This document shows, one piece after another, positions 62,201 to 62,251 of a stretch of 62,251 nucleotides of DNA. Numbering within the stretch: position 1 is the first letter of the stretch; the number at the start of each line of letters is the position of its first letter. A model generated the notes under the pieces. The model worked only from the letters and a program-made list of their open reading frames with translations, searched no databases and was not told the origin of the DNA. The DNA comes from a virus (taxonomy: Duplodnaviria > Caudoviricetes): the IMG/VR virus record IMGVR_UViG_3300005662_000046, positions 1 through 62,251 of that record; one strand, 5' to 3'. The translations under genes were made by a program, and so were the position numbers.

Positions 62201-62250
62201 GTTATAATAAAATCATAAGCCTTTTTTTGAAAATCTGTTGTATTTCTTCC
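53284..62250 (-). CDS. Giant tail/baseplate hub-like protein, >2980 aa, 5' end outside the window
   Basis: Frame stays open to the window end; hub-like LRVGYG...FNGVVTEV and IGSPDIRPHD...VVHHF motifs; SNase-like VIDGD...VRLEGI near the C-terminus. Confidence 0.7.
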   Translation of the reverse strand, partial: GRNTTDFQKKAYDFIITSFIFQNPQLDSGRKSYLRDFSRTDNAYEDVERYVFGAIVFQDETLSQIKSFFKSKALSTSSYLDFMVDEYLQKRAVNTGKTNDTEWKEKERSIIKDQFAAGYSAMVYERFFKAGPIRDLMEAARERNGSFHIREWEVPMIRVDIDPAQAIVTDVSISMSNNIIPLQVQMQDEPTYQHVGGGDSYINISMKVFGEKELIKLRKIFDHINGLARLEHAAGVMGFLGIKNIITALAGVKYVLPLSFNVSTIPNFPHVYDVSLRLVDFDIFQQKREQLSSEQQRKMIEEFGTKKNPFLRMKQLWGSFNAYPDFPLEIRNKDSEVVGCLDPDFYFRSFEMFDRDVIHNVTENKGKLSRLNLFNVDPSKDITVVTPSGAMPYKGSAVLAKFKEYILNDQLDELKAYSRGTLGLKASETASYILQVLKDVDQPHDKFLLSYVDSLDEGEFDTKDLADSSWRLSSGQLKSGDLSSSDEEARAKLQAALSGNQEKDGFKEDAYVSFNPDELDAHAIINTFPAASGPGDTKIPSMIHTADGYQFGYVDKQNGRFYLTVDDVAVKKDSSVEYIGITDTQTPDVGTTKSLTGVPGAKALSEYQYSYSSGDEGKPETMKSNGNSKSVTNHWEKMMVDTQYRDISGRMIRAFPTYMLWLIDERTFAGTKLFDNFYGLQSIIDFSIVSSEDILGDTLVFRASNMYAKLSTKEATTIFSGRGETEDNPGVDKVSLTSGLEQVIDRTLNFARNQLGHMESQYIVDIENMRLKPGVRVHLRVGYGANPNSLHTLFNGVVTEVELGEIVTVTCQSDAIELSPVVNSVDKKGDSGKIDGALNTGLYLSEPRDLMVRLLSMGTSRTREAFAHATRGTVFSENKFGIRHFGTILYEPLNDIERNRNSGIRNAASDALLGIGQGSGITGGAGTVAGVLNPFGDNSNGTGIGGSPFGIDVRLPMVGIMRTMWSNFASQPDLELFKRNIYPGNGTGVAQFLGGDLGDGWSNAASLTPGEEPNPRLEYLSRLTDSSWNNLLQRYDSGSENAAAAIDDLTSGMEARASGGTATAILGGGLLAAGAALAIGTGGIALPFIGGTLAVGGGASLLGSLSGRGGVNIWKTFGLVSDLDDDMPGFDEVSFRAQTYMKSVWDLFQLCARLLPNYIVAVRPFEDRSTVFYGKPHWLYTSAVVPITTGFPSEKRAVELGLKTPSYRSPDSELMDLLTKVNKQSNPTSDYEAFRQGQNPAISLSDIVRQQSSYSDIYAPAGVLRGKVINFLDPFRTAYYGNNKTTKEQLFNDIISEIPKNKGYVTVGFHLPIDSTGQDASEVDVEKMKNLHKEIPQMPLRFSFPYFTDRVAGSVLLDYSFYALSNNRSGEGDDRLKTGTIHDGDKDLEKFNHDTLYRNLIDTEAALIAGSFTDKREGGSEDEFVINLAAVSFTAAVNPINTFGNDKFIFDLSVSGVSGSKSLIRMPLPSLKEQTRELNTLEGSWEYEYINQYKITSGSPFSYRDWGSPATALDEQFYIAMRWPYEIIEDKDDEIFKKFKDKYFPDRNEDQFHGKPKDYKNRKVLVYSPTTRTAVVCRPAYFLWGTDKADLIYGTTEENDWSEEWVVSPRSAIAQEVDLAAVVSPDAAYFLGVMHLTENEKYYFKREEDDNGTDENRASVGASALAQAGLAPVPMPRDCYFTFVDDSVPLGVVTTPYNPANEFRYNGETHVDMDYYIGFGAFSAEGDGKLLAEKANKAGMQKLGLSGTADSIERQLELLNERPTAFTNTQWQEYIPVSGITLLDQGHFAEAAARGGNILAGAGEENSYFDYILKADYSSLEREKLYEILDSELKTTGDEDTGSGRERYAAVYDPASPESIKAREFFDEGFSSATHVIAGNGRNLNQANDVWDQFRFGYHNEVAVKKIFFDAFGMDPDDKTPLPGFLIDILRNPKANPDIFKLFSANGPDATAVDEFSLLLGSDFIANPNQRTGKPYGTADSMERQIESGAGLSVSSDTVKQAIEFARKNLVDAPLDEGGLVRYFDTLTKTKYKRLGLFLQSQSNLSLILGADVGGGQPKADDVIKDHFTPKQVFLLIVGMFRQAMWQDSYARAWLVLKPNRKYTSDDMWDFSPVHKIFAAFIDPNQDYASNKRKFLKLLADNKGEGNSAGNVVGVLTHNIDSFWDQNIGPLFTALSDGLSGLMNMFRMSMLQMGYGLSNIDNFSKQANIMNKVLNDSIYYSLGRPGSLLRAIDNPFTREYGEPVVEVREPFQKIHYLSSFSTIIANNIQETTTNVATQVTAVSEGKYPVTVALDKSIPSERQVEKTVETGLYFDNIAGEGLFGIAQPLFHPIEFARGAIKLSQGAPDELMARRVALAHLKESLKDIYSGELIVIGSPDIRPHDLVYLADVYERMYGIFEVEQVVHHFTPNMGFITSITPNALVTVNDPARWFMSSWIHSWMSIQNIRNDTRSLINSVQAGSTGILSGGNISVDGMSEALRAQMMGGVQFTHGSSALMSDIMANFAAEGLTDAQSQIENQMKQNSENGVSLKGIAATYLTTVGLTAATAAIPGGAIAAGIAGAVASDLFWKGWKWVRDNVLDQHGCYISYLNKNGQPMDASLSINQGMVVGRYHTKRLLPGILGVRSKVRTVDGNAFIRNDDLLKSLGWKEKEITDLVRYVSYENALVNAEVLKYSGTGPDKTGLNQYFKVICKLNNVIDGDEIEVIDLMNPTGQPFKVRLEGIIASSLGTFQAYTNTSIQAGYKPDDPTTAINVNSPGGRSAIFVSERLRDKPFVIRISPNDQSSVSIYTEDDLSPGSRINNTNSYFKGVNYGDQEREKSLGTVFYRILDEDKEANIALIRSFFVRYIGLSIIEKKKKFKETLYDESVFGKKFDEIYNSIYTSDMENHFEITGETDPLLTITTDERKLFNDLVNFKILEVLYSKASEWPYISWDEYYNDGVPATLNWELVTNNLAQVYTVDLLRERASTGGLDRYIPMPNFVEQKGGL

Positions 62251-62251
62251 T

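Noticed and set aside
1-62251. tRNA (including a frameshift suppressor), rRNA or CRISPR array
   Set aside because: No cloverleaf or repeat-spacer pattern seen in the few intergenic gaps; any suppressor tRNA would lie outside the window or in the host.
1-62251. Stop-codon reassignment (TAG or TGA read-through)
   Set aside because: Long genes are intact in code 11, TAA, TAG and TGA all end genes, and the breaks are frame changes rather than in-frame stops.

Overview
About 62 kb of an AT-rich large tailed-phage genome (myovirus-like: baseplate J, gp25-like and hub genes). Almost every gene is on the minus strand. The host is probably actinobacterial (MSMEG_6728-like gene, r1t-type holin, leaderless sigma70 transcript), but this is inference. 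In transcription order (right to left) the window holds a tail/baseplate module (62.2-26.5 kb), nucleotide metabolism and glycosyltransferases (NrdJ, ThyX, dCMP deaminase; 26-17 kb), replication (DnaB, AEP primase, DnaE; 17-8.9 kb), nucleases, a sigma factor, RNase H and a dNMP kinase (8-3.2 kb), then Lys-rich micro-ORFs and an endolysin (3.2-0 kb). Main discovery: every broken gene I found is interrupted the same way. An in-frame CGG codon followed by A or T (C-GGA or C-GGT) sits at the junction, and skipping the C restores the frame with a Gly codon. There are 10 clear sites in 8 genes (endolysin x2, sigma factor x2, two nucleases, three virion proteins, one micro-ORF) plus a probable 11th at the end of DnaE. 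In my manual scan in-frame CGG was otherwise absent from the intact genes, apart from one CGG-G that is read normally. This points to a genome-wide +1 recoding or quadruplet-codon system (CGGW read as Gly). A second anomaly is a virion protein with 15 Ala-Thr-Pro and 8 Ser-Thr-Pro motifs, in a genome that also encodes glycosyltransferases. All calls come from reading the sequence by eye; no searches were run.
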